A stretch of DNA of 64,000 nucleotides from Candidatus Aenigmatarchaeota archaeon (GTDB lineage Archaea; Aenigmatarchaeota; Aenigmatarchaeia; CG10238-14; SpSt-28): the NCBI GenBank assembly GCA_039000725.1, contig JAWBNO010000001.1, positions 23,616 through 87,615 of the forward strand. Direction: 5' to 3'. The notes beneath the pieces were generated by a model, which saw only the letters and a list, made by a program, of their open reading frames with translations, made no database searches and had not been told where the DNA came from. The translations under genes were made by a program, and so were the position numbers. Below, piece by piece: positions 24,001-26,665 of this stretch. Each line of letters opens with the position of its first letter. Within the stretch, counting starts at the first letter, position 1.

Positions 24001-24346
24001 CTAAATTTTTTCCTTCAGATAAATTCAAAGAAATTTCAAAATTTCCTTCTTCATTAGTATTTAAAGTTGAAACAAGAACATCATTAAGAAAAACTTTAAT
24101 TTCTCTATTTGATAAAGCTGTACCGTTATCTAGAATCAATTTTCCTGAAATAATGTTTTCAAAATTATTAATTAAAATTTCTGAAGAAGCATAAACGTCT
24201 ATGAAATCTGTTTTCTCTTTTTCTAACTTAACTCCAACAAACCTTCCAGTTATATTTTGAATATTGAAAACTAAAATTCCTAAAATTCCAATTAAAGCCA
24301 AAATAAGTGCTGAAAAAACTTCAGCCTGCCCTATTTTCTTAGCCAT
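1..24346 (-). CDS. Giant secreted/surface repeat protein. The N-terminal >8,115 codons are in the window; the C-terminus and stop lie beyond the left edge.
   Basis: The minus-strand frame is open from ATG (24344-24346) to position 2 with no stop. It is absent from the ORF track because it is not closed in-window, and no other minus-strand ORF is listed for 1-24338. The N-terminus MAKKIGQAEVFSALILALIGILGILVF has a basic head plus a hydrophobic helix. Fifteen GGWGE-type motifs all sit in this frame, with offsets that are multiples of 3. The last in-window codons read ...KGNYTFKCNITD. Confidence 0.85.
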   Translation of the reverse strand, partial: MAKKIGQAEVFSALILALIGILGILVFNIQNITGRFVGVKLEKEKTDFIDVYASSEILINNFENIISGKLILDNGTALSNREIKVFLNDVLVSTLNTNEEGNFEISLNLSEGKNLVKVVFEGDEDSFIFGSEKEIEIYKEETFRKELKLFTDKDFYKYGEKIKIYGELIYGEKITDSLIISINLEDKVVYSIQVEVKDGKFETILDANFSESGNYKIKAVYKDLVEEKSIYFEYVKLTLNVFYDRLNTTTIRVFGNLTYGNYLIPGNVTLLVKNFQGKTVFSSSQNFSDNFEFYVNLLLPLNYSLDLIVFSEYGVVNKTIELKGREFLFKPKIVKEKFNYNLGEKAKFEINFEKRVDRKNVKVYLIDPEGSEKEVEFYEKDGKYFVDLDFGRSFRPGLYKLKVKTIEEKFVEKGREPFKFSEKVVEVLEEEETEFGVGLVAINTPKSIYLPGEEVEIIIGVLNELGKRVYDANITLIINSPLGKNYTYSTLNDTVKNNGDGTYVVYHNITNEIGKYTIYSYISGKNSSFCYETFFEVRDSSSFFVKRSSVTIADMLTEPTMEIEILSMVNATNVTIVEYLPLNFSNIKTNGIVSKNPEYISIMWNFTSVSEGELIKLRYSFTTPYISPRIYSIGPLTIESNNYSFNESKYWTLAVADVRYFFMVWEIYEKNTPNIVSPEAICRGKNYTIKVAIIELASDDATSAQNAFIRIKKPTDATFNNLPYYGWSVLSAQPYQVEGFSGGASGFTCDPGIADRCGNATFDITTSPTAEIGWYTLRIFLSATYAQVKYDTDKLDVQLISCDGVDIFDSFEIFSPTGEKKFNMQGNLISNKVIGGHVATAILPLKNYGTSSLSNINVTLEIYDGSNKVNWFMIEGNTQTISSLNPGVNTTLRWHILVPDNVDASKTYTAKVNISYSGGSKQYQKNFEVYNYGGNKPSPLVIFHTSPEHSTADTTNAYNNRTVWICNYGDYNITANITEYTTVENVGSASTTITTSDGVDCTKGTGNFQCLQRNITVSDCFWYNVRYLPIGDTGVEEYLTEVIWNDPETGSPITLTDIYQSPAVGTNTDPFTVTLNITSLPYGTNNIGVQLQIGNTGDGTSYIYTIEMYTPPGIIPFNFDVEPDDGYPRGSVYSGYEVKWTGFKSTAGKTGTNNRYWSVSSQSRVLINFSINTSYIPEFTPGGKAFLIYLNAYQQRSRWGHPTARPVVVLRGPWIKTIKYYNTTPTNEQQDFPSFFACGNFSTKLQVFNKGNLPAYNFRINETKSDILKTHPGDLIFYDFNPSNPYLEQSKLISWDGGINFITTGKDNARNFTYSIFVPYQTNGTFSFQSLALNNTFSFFDEEYIISISCGASLSVDQIRTRIGEYPEPTIYVNDIFNISANIYNDGPGNASNVIVWINYTNSTPMRGLENLRIYNSSGIESNWIYLGNILPKETKVAFNDYYFTIDTTGLSPGIITFCINANATENSTVVSSCRDITINAPPALIELENPIAISKETGSSSGSWSFNFTFNISVRVSNSENDVQICSWFSKTGTEPFKLIGCDVYQAPGSNIGIWKNYSFEFDPDCSDIGNPVFIKFNATNFAGTVNSTLLPFAITKSRIIFEEILGNSTESRRGKLPTVLSVRVKDLNGTYISNLPLRFYVTLDGIVYDIGSLVQTNSSGYANYNFLALCSPKYLVGYQKWKAELRNDDCYFDNSTENYFELRVLVTGDIIPNIVRPDGTSNYTQEDTITFLAYVIDDCGDPLTLNTTFFANHSLASFECSDVIQVGSNAYTCDWHTEITTPMGWYNVSMFAWKEFHYSNWSVNFGIPGLFYLLPIYKLENPQSYPLQEGWGYKNWNFTVLASSGNSEESFDVNIYLGNLWPPALPCYECVNFTPVSCFNCYRQVVTFLRNFSSNEVGTWYYRFSLGPTSTTEVKYVIVEKDDVSLEYVSGNNSVVIRNTQSALLSVRVFDLDANTYELNPPALVTFKIYDDRYPNGYKVLGSVYTNESGYANYLLNITDCYGWLEGSQYWGAEITDDNHYYKKASIGNYSITIQLPGCQPQIDIYSIELPRETFQYKNFTIVTYVTSWVGDANDVYINISIPNGWFVDKNVIYLGEVKTGEFKRVSWNIYPTSSGVYRISFYVNSSNAGSKETFSREFIVYNFLQTEDNSLPKILQPEEALILKFDCEAGDYRVANLTLNISSQGSKIIIETFNSSNWITVKDNLNVEGNENYFIPILLNQISSNSDGKCLVRISNFGDNFVNIEKVTFTAYYNKTAKVEGIKLIIKDVEVESLDKSEDYLNVSVRIGNSLDEGKMFNLTLKLVKDGNEIYSSEREGYVGANSYAYINFTNIKVSNLEEGEYRIIAILSYENISKIIYRDFVLGGLKLDVDYSKYQCNSTTEKIKVKIYQPLEDEIEYNVSLRVPNGWSYSPSFVQIYSKGKGYYEVEFNLTAFSDYEEEYSVFVVLNYSYAKGKNLEKEIKIRVSPNIPILEVIREIPSIVSSSIVFKPRIVVHNKGCGIANNVTLVEKISAGWIGANPSIEKNEYANDEEVMDKDVDLIYAETDLINNILTWKLSEIKPNKYAVLSYQVKAPPGLATEGTMSYNVSWNEIYYLEDKYNAKVYTYRYPQESHLQFDLFVTQDPNYPWPEVRSIRANVPYNLTLKVTNIGDINTNSEWTIKLYIPDECYLTNIENGYWNSSERKIVWQIGNLNVYQSQLFNFTIVCSNEKQFILVAEGLRDTRSKITNETNLLLNCSSTSKPAYCILTQVLNLEKPSNARYESLDNLVFTLSNEFLGKNITIGNSYLKVFDDLNREYIVWQDFSFDEKFGTYTLHFPIKEDFRNYFIESLRKIELSSYVDSTEDPFANISIDKIEFTWNLGNLFNESQNIFIKSKFYDYTPLLRNAKLYINGNENNTGGWGEKFEFGVEVRDRYGRDVTIRAYHRKVGDIWRLIGEQTCYSCYDWHQFNFSYDYDYTDISNWEFKFEGINTDGSKELYGYVFTVEKDDLALTPIQPSWNETVLRAFGYNFTIYAFDIDNQTIPFVLEDNKAYIALSQFGNNQTYKIYSIAPSINESGYIILKASNQEFCNPLNNFNLGQNYWFGGVQASLYYKDANTRIAPFNALPYVLIGSLYNTIIYPLNVNFSFELDTITLRGRVVDDCGNIRADEDMYVYFNLTNGNYNYQCIATRVGNEFQCTFNPRALNSPLGWYNITMYSSKPLHTDGLFEEKYAFFLSTVPDIVNVSIQPFGGPWGLSPFNFSAIVIDEDGNFVNITHYLRKIPDQYFVAYLDNCTNCNYYLTSFLRDFICDYDTVEVGDWRYRIEAKDESGFLNSSSEISFVIEKEPIEINISEGHSLINRTNVPNSMPLNLSVFIRDTILNRNVTEIPQVSIKFEGPNSFVYEMNVDVYNEKYYYEFYPGCGYQAGEYKWYSYVSGDECYANARSDNYTIKIYGTLYTSIISPSEYQYVTEGQNVVLRASVIDDCIVTITDANVYFILRNERTGDEFRCPENGFANYDGTSYICSFNTIGKPGGNYSVIAYSSKNYYWNSSVIKENVFFLITPVRILNVTMVYEQDGGWGEIHNFTAFIDHYNDVIVCLLEKPIDSQQYQISECKNLENPSGGKYITFSKRYTCSDFVRSQFWNYKINATEFGVPSSYSESQEYSHLLQKNDLQLTIVYNDTEAKRYDEEKAILAVYAYDLDQKQPAYVPLYSSPNIKYQVYNGTSFVYISSNSTNSSGYSIISFKPDCSYMVGPKEWYSYTEADACYKNVISNRENITIVGRLNPLLVFPIEQQYNRYAQLYVNLSAIVRDECNSVYFDNANVIFKARSVAFGTEYLCENVVYDNGYYNCSLNATEIEEGWYDVNVTASGIVYYDSYYYIQPNSFKIIHTLVPPVLRGEEAIPEQDGGWGERWYFRVNVSDLNGDDVNIYLWISRDGNNWELVNSTVCYNCGSERTIELSYKGFTCEDRIRSPIYFKFNASDVYNTTDRSPNMLYLNKNDAVLEYYSGNESYIIREIGDFLRVRVYDADAKYYSNANVSLFVTTDGNNFVYIDSNISEDSIVSLFFNPDCRFYRGLQYWKAEIIEDECYKPVSSETFTTYIVGHLQSFITYPSGQKFLRGSNITLNISVKDECNVRVEGATLNITMISNLNPNYKYNCTEIIDFGDGNYSCTFNSTDMLPRFYNVSYSISRIYYISNNFSYSNIFWIETNPILFNLRATPNILGWGETLTVKVNFTDEDLDTLYVNFYLIKGNSYKFSSVVVSGINVEATTTFTFSPGDIGDWTVIANVSDDFGKYELNTSITVEKDDVSIILVSGNNSVANRAGQYATFTLLAWDTDRNTNVMAGLQTAFWVTNKTNDLGSYKQIGTSYTSSDGTFSINFAPDCSFEVGVQRWKGGLLTNQLYKEANSTDYFVNVVSEFDGTITQPSGNILLRGTDSLLIRGYLTDIAGCGLVKGATVLFGIEGTDINCLATDEGNGYYSCIIDSSTLSLLPYGWYNVTMNASREFYVNNVSVVKENAFYLADNPKLSNPQVSPGYASWGTKFVLNVTLYDFDYDTKTVYLWLSKDGTNWFLGGTQIYVGPTPYEGVNIGFEIPTSCANISLYYFKFNATDTSGYSTEIPGSTFTVDKRPTAVIPVYGNNARVNREYQIIPLTVKVLDALNGSEVSNVNVGFFLYNKYGSEIFYENRTNSSGIVYFEFDPDCTFNPGSTSWIAGVYNDACYVSVNSTYSILVAGQLKTEIIEPYKDSKFPTGELIKLNISVYSDCLEEGRIDNADLNVKIVDPYDTIYECSPISQFNGFYNCTFNSSFKKPGYYDVLVNSTKEYYDYNYTEYIDWFKILNAPPTYSNIQVNPTQSYWTDRYVFSVDISDSDFDKVNCSLEIKEKIGDIWNHINSTIIEGSGTCSFTIDSFSCDDIGEREFRFVLDDGANEPVITEIGRFNLTKSLINITLVSGNGTSIIRQTGYGTFSVRVYDLIKNKNIGYSNNLPETNVIFKVTKDGNNYIILTPDGIGTYNGLASTVLVPDCSYLASLQKWQAYVENDACYYDNSSEEFYYNVIGKLEPRVISPTNGIKYLKGSNVSIYTNVSDDCGNLVDADTFNITLRSVSTSTNYVCEHERIDIGNYNCTFETSDKPAGYYSIILNATKLYHLSSTYTENNAFWIETLPSVINLGTNRPLDRGGWGEPWSFRANVTDEDKDPVYVYAWYRVKGTEEWQLLGTGQKSQGTISSIVSITPSPSFDCSKLLGLPEVEYEFFFNVSDDDSNTAESNIRNFTLEKDDITVSIVQGDGIIYNRSSPLKVSLGVSVFDRDRNSAVNQPYNASLYVTYNGYSYVFDQIRTSSSGTITFSFPNASKCLYQVGPQLWRVNIDSLCYKSAASPIGSINITTIPLNVTLTYPVNKVFDLGQDVPVIININDDCGFVPQASVDLVIKNQDGQEYVCNNLIDYLNGTYSCTFSNLALGYYTVLVNASKQNYPEGETYVAENAFLVASYPSISNVRAYSSRRNDIYGGWGDLWIFEVQLYDSDQEKFDFERLNISLYVNLTGSYELVNSTVCFSPECKDLTTITLTTTFDCNAIGNRNYKIVLRDYFNNTAEDFGFINIQPNEVSLYVREYPASIVREGENSGRFIVSVYDEDRRIYASDVNTTFKFTKDGSNFNFVVYGLSDSYGNVSYDLNPDCSFNAGYQYFKAETSDYCYSFSETLNYEFDIIGSLRNYIIDPKNGSEIIIEYGKSINISTLIEDECENEVGGALVELKAIWPNNYQENIPFVNSLNGIYNFSWDLSYKIGGSYSFLLSSSKEHYNSNSTLFSNWLTLVNYPPIVENISVTPETGGWGEVFTFKADVLDLQRDTVVCKLYIFTGKGEWLFKGSKIIPNGVGTCEINVTDFDCGDINITSLTKFKFEIDDGTNIFNTTEVLAPSIERNDVTLILITGNNSFVNRTYGSTLFSMRIRDLDRNIYPANVNVSVFATKDENSYSFLGIISSNSTGYLNYNFAPDCSFSAGIQKWKFEVNDSCYKRVSSEDYITTIYGWLQNTITEPLNGKRYLRGSNVTILGYVNDECNNFVSVDVINIKAKSNQTLQEFVCEPVIEDSLGNYNCTFNTSYPIVMPARFYNISMYTEKQYYNPSILTVYNAFFIETKPEIYYVTSYPSGDGGWGETWRFVVNFTDEDLDTNTITLNLQRYFGWIQQSVLSSGINVSVMFNYSSFTGQDIGEKEFYITIQDARSYTDNSSVYKIYIDKDDVELIHVFGNNSVYNRSSRPFVNFRVAVLDTDRNVYVGPNRQGIFYYTKDRVNFVNTSYIYTDSQSNLTLSSVRVDCSFEVGPQRWIAGILNDGFYKNKNSTTFEFTVITNNLTINLTKPKIGESFLRGIDNITLEVTISDDCGFVSGANVILYIPRNGFTCNAVDMNNGTYYCTIRNTQHLNWDLGWYDIIVRASKQYYNSSEVLVENLFFLASAPSFATMPIIQSQQGGSIGGWGEKWSFGIYVRDDDLNLVNVSLYVKEGDSWKLLNSTIIEGQPNPQLVEFVGHTFSCEDIGIRDLMFVATDEFNYSSNVTSTFTIERNDVYIEYQIPYSFTINREGAESAPLTIKVYDADREYVPIIADIGYNVTSDGNEFIFVGSNQSDIEGLSIYNFDADCRFRVGEQRWRAFTKDNACYKDQYYEIPGAKVNIVGQLKQSLNYPIENQFVDVGDVVEFNVSIPTDCSEDGLQNQTVLTIKIDGPSGTEYCSPIIDLGNGYYTCYWNTSFHKGGYYNFTITGSKINYNPNTTFYPNWVYLINTPPSYNNVSFSPSIAGWGSTFNFSVDVDDKQYDNVTCKLFVYTGRNEWIYKGESIVYNGKGRCLVTVNNFDCLDINTTSEVKFKFELYDGTNRINTTEYSGPSIVKDDVIVEYYIGNQSIVNRTGNNYAPLVVRIKDAIRNTYVGSNVYGRVFVTKDGINYDEGTFNLTDSNGFLRIYFDPSSDYEAGVQKWKGGVYGDSCYFDANSTEYYVTVIGSLYSNLLLPVGYTEYLKPEENITLLTKVFDDRGVEISDSSVEMILISEYGNIYNCQPVIPRGSGEYECTINTSLIKARYYNVSINASKPYHNFGHSLIENVIFVKTKPILEGERVISKDGTTLGGWGETWKFRVNVTDEDLDGVTLKVFIKYENEDSWILANSSSFYEDPNLQGPLNTTITIFYKDPSTFQTRQGNWSYYIEAEDTRGYIVRTLTNNFTIEKDDISIELISGNNVFVWRNGTDIAYLGVRVIDTDREDYANDARVYFFVTLDGNNFDSGTLVYANGTGYAIFEFNPGCEPLYKTGIQKWFASIIDDPYYKNISTQNYSLTIRSFLGIRIDYPNGEAFLRGTQVPFYATLFDDCETVSGADVLMYSVWGGNQFSCTPVFDMNNGTYNCSFDTSGKPFGWHSIRVLGRKVYYSDYPSYNSTIKSNAYFIASAPTINSFTVDKIFGGWGEAYTFTVRITDTDASPNNVTIWKSFDGGNSWHYVNSKVVSPTYSNYPVTFTERFSCEDYLLNSTVLYKATTVDSTGFSAESSALNITFERNDVSVTLGADSSTVVRRIGDNVATFKVTVYDSDRGIYPDGANVTVWITRDRNNFDFILNCTTSNGSCSVYYNPDCYSLEGIQYWFASSGDLCYKPINSTTRNFTVIGQLNVSIIRPLNGEVLMRGVINSLNASVYDECLRYQPTAVAQWYNSTWRLISTGQNTTWLIPTTYKLGMETIYVNVSLSNFDPNFNSSSIFIYGWSSVRFINPANNTVVWAGDLVNLECNVTDYNTTTPIPNYLVKFYRDDEEIGTAFTNENGIATYAWNTFGESGGLHKIDCRIEENSTLYYRPTINSSTIYINIRRPLIIERIISPSFVYRNDTFIPNKANISVRVRDSFIGYAVNANVSFYNDTSYLGSCLTNSTGWCTIENIDFDDSIIPQSVTIYINATSNINEPSETNTTVIVVKGILFVEIEKPENNSYWPKSQPIPVKARVWSENGENETLINPTVEWWNETSILITGLDTFIPQIRVAEQITGRHSLMAIAKKAYYDDGSNNVTIYINSLSDVIWIYPLNNSVLPYPEEFDVVCLVKDVYAGGIPDYNVSLYYKLEPSNVFIKLAELTTNNSGFVSYKFKPEDKGNYTFKCNITD
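1150..15700 (-). repeat. In-frame tandem array of ~15 diverged tri-domain modules (~945-999 nt, ~324 aa each) inside the giant ORF
   Basis: The GGWGE-type motif (reverse complement ttcaccccaacc-like) occurs at 2039, 3026, 4001, 4961, 5924, 6890, 7856, 8843, 9815, 10769, 11714, 12662, 13655, 14633 and 15632. Spacings are 987, 975, 960, 963, 966, 966, 987, 972, 954, 945, 948, 993, 978 and 999 nt. Each module has three parts: a GGWGE...D-x-D domain; an (E/D)(K/R)(D/N)D-V...GNNS...V-x-V-x-D-x-DR...PDCSF...CYK domain; and an LRGSN-x-T...DDCGN...G-x-Y-x-C-T-F-N-T-S...GWYN domain. Array boundaries are approximate. Confidence 0.8.
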
Positions 24347-24782
24347 AGATAACTCTCACCTTAATTTCTTTTTTTCCAGGAAGCGTAGAGATAGAAGTTT
24401 TTACCTTAAAAACTACTTCACAAGTTTCATTTATACCAATATTTTCACATATTTCTTGATCTTTATCTGAATCCATACCTTCTGGTAAAACAAGATAAAT
24501 TTTAAGACTCTCTAATACCTTATTTCCGCTGTTTTTGACTTTAACAATATAATCAAAACTTTCTCCTCTTTTAAGTTTGCTTTTTTCTAAAACAGTAAAA
24601 ATTTGGAAATCTGAGAACTCTAAACTTTCGTTTTCTGCTGATATATTTAAATCTTCATATATTGAAGCTTCTTCAGTCAAATTTTCTTCTTCATAAGTTA
24701 CATTCTCTTGTGCTATAGCTAAAAAAAGAAAAAAGGCTAGAAAAATTACTATAATAGCCAAACTCTTTTTATTTATTATCAT
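24339..24782 (-). CDS. Small secreted beta-sandwich (CARDB/NEW3-like) protein, translationally coupled to the giant ORF
   Basis: 147-aa ORF with a Sec-type signal (MIINKKSLAIIVIFLAFFLFLAIA|QEN). The pattern GESFDYIVKVKNSGNKVLESLKIYLVLPEG resembles CARDB-type domains. An SD-like GAGGT lies upstream. Its stop (24339-24341) overlaps the giant ORF's ATG (24344-24346) within tATGGCTAA. Confidence 0.6.
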   Translation of the reverse strand: MIINKKSLAIIVIFLAFFLFLAIAQENVTYEEENLTEEASIYEDLNISAENESLEFSDFQIFTVLEKSKLKRGESFDYIVKVKNSGNKVLESLKIYLVLPEGMDSDKDQEICENIGINETCEVVFKVKTSISTLPGKKEIKVRVIYG

Positions 24783-24865
24783 TCTACCTCACTCTAATAG
24801 TTAACACTACTAATAACTACTATTGAATGTCGATGGATATATGGTGTTTTAATAATAATTGACGG

Positions 24866-24892
24866 TTTTGTCGAAATAATCTATCGACAAAA
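24866..24892. promoter_or_regulatory. Perfect inverted repeat TTTTGTCGA-N9-TCGACAAAA in the divergent promoter region; candidate operator
   Basis: The arms are 24866-24874 and 24884-24892. It lies between the giant-gene operon (minus strand) and the wHTH regulator gene (plus strand). The same TCGACA/TGTCGA hexamer recurs five more times within 24838-25513. Confidence 0.5.
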
Positions 24893-24929
24893 TTTTAACT
24901 TTTTATGACAAAAATTGAATATAAATATT

Positions 24930-25382
24930 ATGTTAACAGATTTGCTTAGAAGTAAAACCAAGAAAAATCAAGAAAACAATGATAATGCATTCAAACTTTT
25001 AGATTCTCAATTATCCTTAATCTCTATGGAATTAGAAAAATTAAAATCATTATCTCAAAAAATTGAAAATATAGAGAAAAAGGTGAACCAAATTGAAGCT
25101 TTTCTTAAAGAGCAAGGTGTGGAAATAAAGACTAAAACAATTTCAACAAGAACTAAAGAAACTATAATAACTTTACTAAAAAGATATGGATCTTTAAATC
25201 CTGTTCAGTTAGCTAAACTTTTAAACTTATCAAGAACTAGATGTAATGAATATCTAAAGGAAATGGAAAATGAGGGAATATTGGATTCTGAATGGAAGGG
25301 TCGAAAAAAATTTTATAAAATTCGACAGAGCACACAAAATTTATCAACTGAAGAAAATAAAACAATCGACAGTTTTAAATAA
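24930..25382 (+). CDS. Coiled-coil plus winged-helix (MarR/ArsR-like) transcriptional regulator
   Basis: The ORF-track entry 24915-25382 starts at TTG; the ATG at 24930 (MLTDLL...) is the more likely start. The C-terminal segment LNPVQLAKLLNLSRTRCNEYLKEMENEGILDSEWKGRKKFYKI looks like a wHTH, and the N-terminal heptad-like segment looks like a coiled coil. Confidence 0.55.
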   Translation: MLTDLLRSKTKKNQENNDNAFKLLDSQLSLISMELEKLKSLSQKIENIEKKVNQIEAFLKEQGVEIKTKTISTRTKETIITLLKRYGSLNPVQLAKLLNLSRTRCNEYLKEMENEGILDSEWKGRKKFYKIRQSTQNLSTEENKTIDSFK

Positions 25383-25542
25383 ATTAAATCAATAAAAAGT
25401 TGTGAAAAACTAATTTAAATAAAAAGAATAGCACAAGCAAATTTTTAAAAATATTTTTAGACGAGTAAAATCGACAAAAAAATAATAAAAGATTGTGAAA
25501 AATTAATTGTCGATATATCATTTCTTAAAATTCGATTAATAA

Positions 25543-26568
25543 TCAGATAAATAATGCTATTATACCTATAGATAATGGTAGTAAAAAATTCTCTAATTTA
25601 CTTAAAAATGATTCCAATAATGTTCCAATTAAAGATAAAATTAATGACTTGAAAACCGGAAAAAACAAAAAATAAAGGAAAAGGGTAGAAAAGAAATATG
25701 CCAAACTTCCCTCCAGGCTTTTATTTTTATTATATGGAAGCTTATGGCTACCAAAGATGTATCCTACTAAGCCTGCTACCCCATCACCTATAACAATACT
25801 TATAAAACCAGCTAAAAAAGCTTCCTTAGGAAAAGTTAGTAATAAAGCTAAAGATAAAGCATATAAAAGTGGGGAATAAATAAAACCTTTTTCTTCTTTT
25901 TTCCTACATTTTAAAGTTATTTCTTGAATTATAGGAAAATAGATATTTTTATTTCTAAAAATTTCAGAAATAGCATAAATTAGTGAAACGAACAAAATTA
26001 GGGCTAGAACATAGTAGGAAGGAATATGAAAATAAATATATAATATAGCAATAGAAGAAAGATGTATAATTTTTCTTAAAACAAAACTTCTTTTATTATT
26101 TCTTAAAATGTACGAAAAGAATAAAAACCATAAATAAGAAATTAGAGTTCCAACAATTACTCCACCAACAATGTCTATTATTGTGTGTACTCCTAAAGCC
26201 AATCTTGAATAACAAACTAATATAGCTAAAATAAACAAAATAGCATGAATTTTATACTTTTTTCTAAATAGCAAAATTGCTGTAGTAAGAAATGATGCTG
26301 CTATAGTAGCATGCCCAGATGGAAAAGCATAAGTTTCTGGGCAATATTCCAATCCTGCACATATTCTAGGAACTTTAAAATATTCTCTCAGCAACAAAGA
26401 AGTAGAATATGACAAAAATACGGAAGGGAAAAGAAAATAGATCATCCAGCCAACTTTTTTCTTATAATTTTCAGATAAGAATGGATATATAATAAAGAAA
26501 GAAACTGCAAAACCTAACCAACATCCAGCATTTCCAAAATAGCTAAAAAAATACCAAACATGCTTCAT
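25543..26568 (-). CDS. Integral membrane fusion of a PAP2 lipid-phosphate phosphatase domain and a CdsA/dolichol-kinase-like (CTP-transferase family) domain
   Basis: PAP2 motifs KVPR...PSGH...SRLALGVHTIID occur in the N-terminal half. The C-terminal half has GDGVAGLVGYIFGSHKLPYNKNKSLEGSLAYF, typical of the polyprenol kinase/CDP-diglyceride synthase family. The protein is multi-TM throughout. Confidence 0.55.
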   Translation of the reverse strand: MKHVWYFFSYFGNAGCWLGFAVSFFIIYPFLSENYKKKVGWMIYFLFPSVFLSYSTSLLLREYFKVPRICAGLEYCPETYAFPSGHATIAASFLTTAILLFRKKYKIHAILFILAILVCYSRLALGVHTIIDIVGGVIVGTLISYLWFLFFSYILRNNKRSFVLRKIIHLSSIAILYIYFHIPSYYVLALILFVSLIYAISEIFRNKNIYFPIIQEITLKCRKKEEKGFIYSPLLYALSLALLLTFPKEAFLAGFISIVIGDGVAGLVGYIFGSHKLPYNKNKSLEGSLAYFFSTLFLYFLFFPVFKSLILSLIGTLLESFLSKLENFLLPLSIGIIALFI

Positions 26569-26665
26569 TAATTTTTAATTTTATAGGAAGATAAAAATAG
26601 AAGAAAAAAGATTGGACCAAACATATTGCCCTCAAAGTATTTATTTTTTTTATAAAAAATATTTA

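Noticed and set aside
24265-24346. A class III (type IV pilin-like) signal peptide on the giant protein (KKIG|QAEVF followed by a hydrophobic helix)
   Set aside because: The short basic head, Gly and hydrophobic stretch are suggestive. The sequence does not match the motifs I know well (KG|Q-x-S-x-E or G|F-x-x-x-E), and I cannot distinguish it from an ordinary signal anchor by eye.
513-24470. Eleven plus-strand ORFs of 64-121 aa listed in the track across the first 24 kb
   Set aside because: All lie antisense to the uninterrupted giant minus-strand ORF. They have low-complexity, Ser/Leu/Phe/Ile-rich translations typical of shadow ORFs in AT-rich coding DNA, and none has a recognisable motif or SD.
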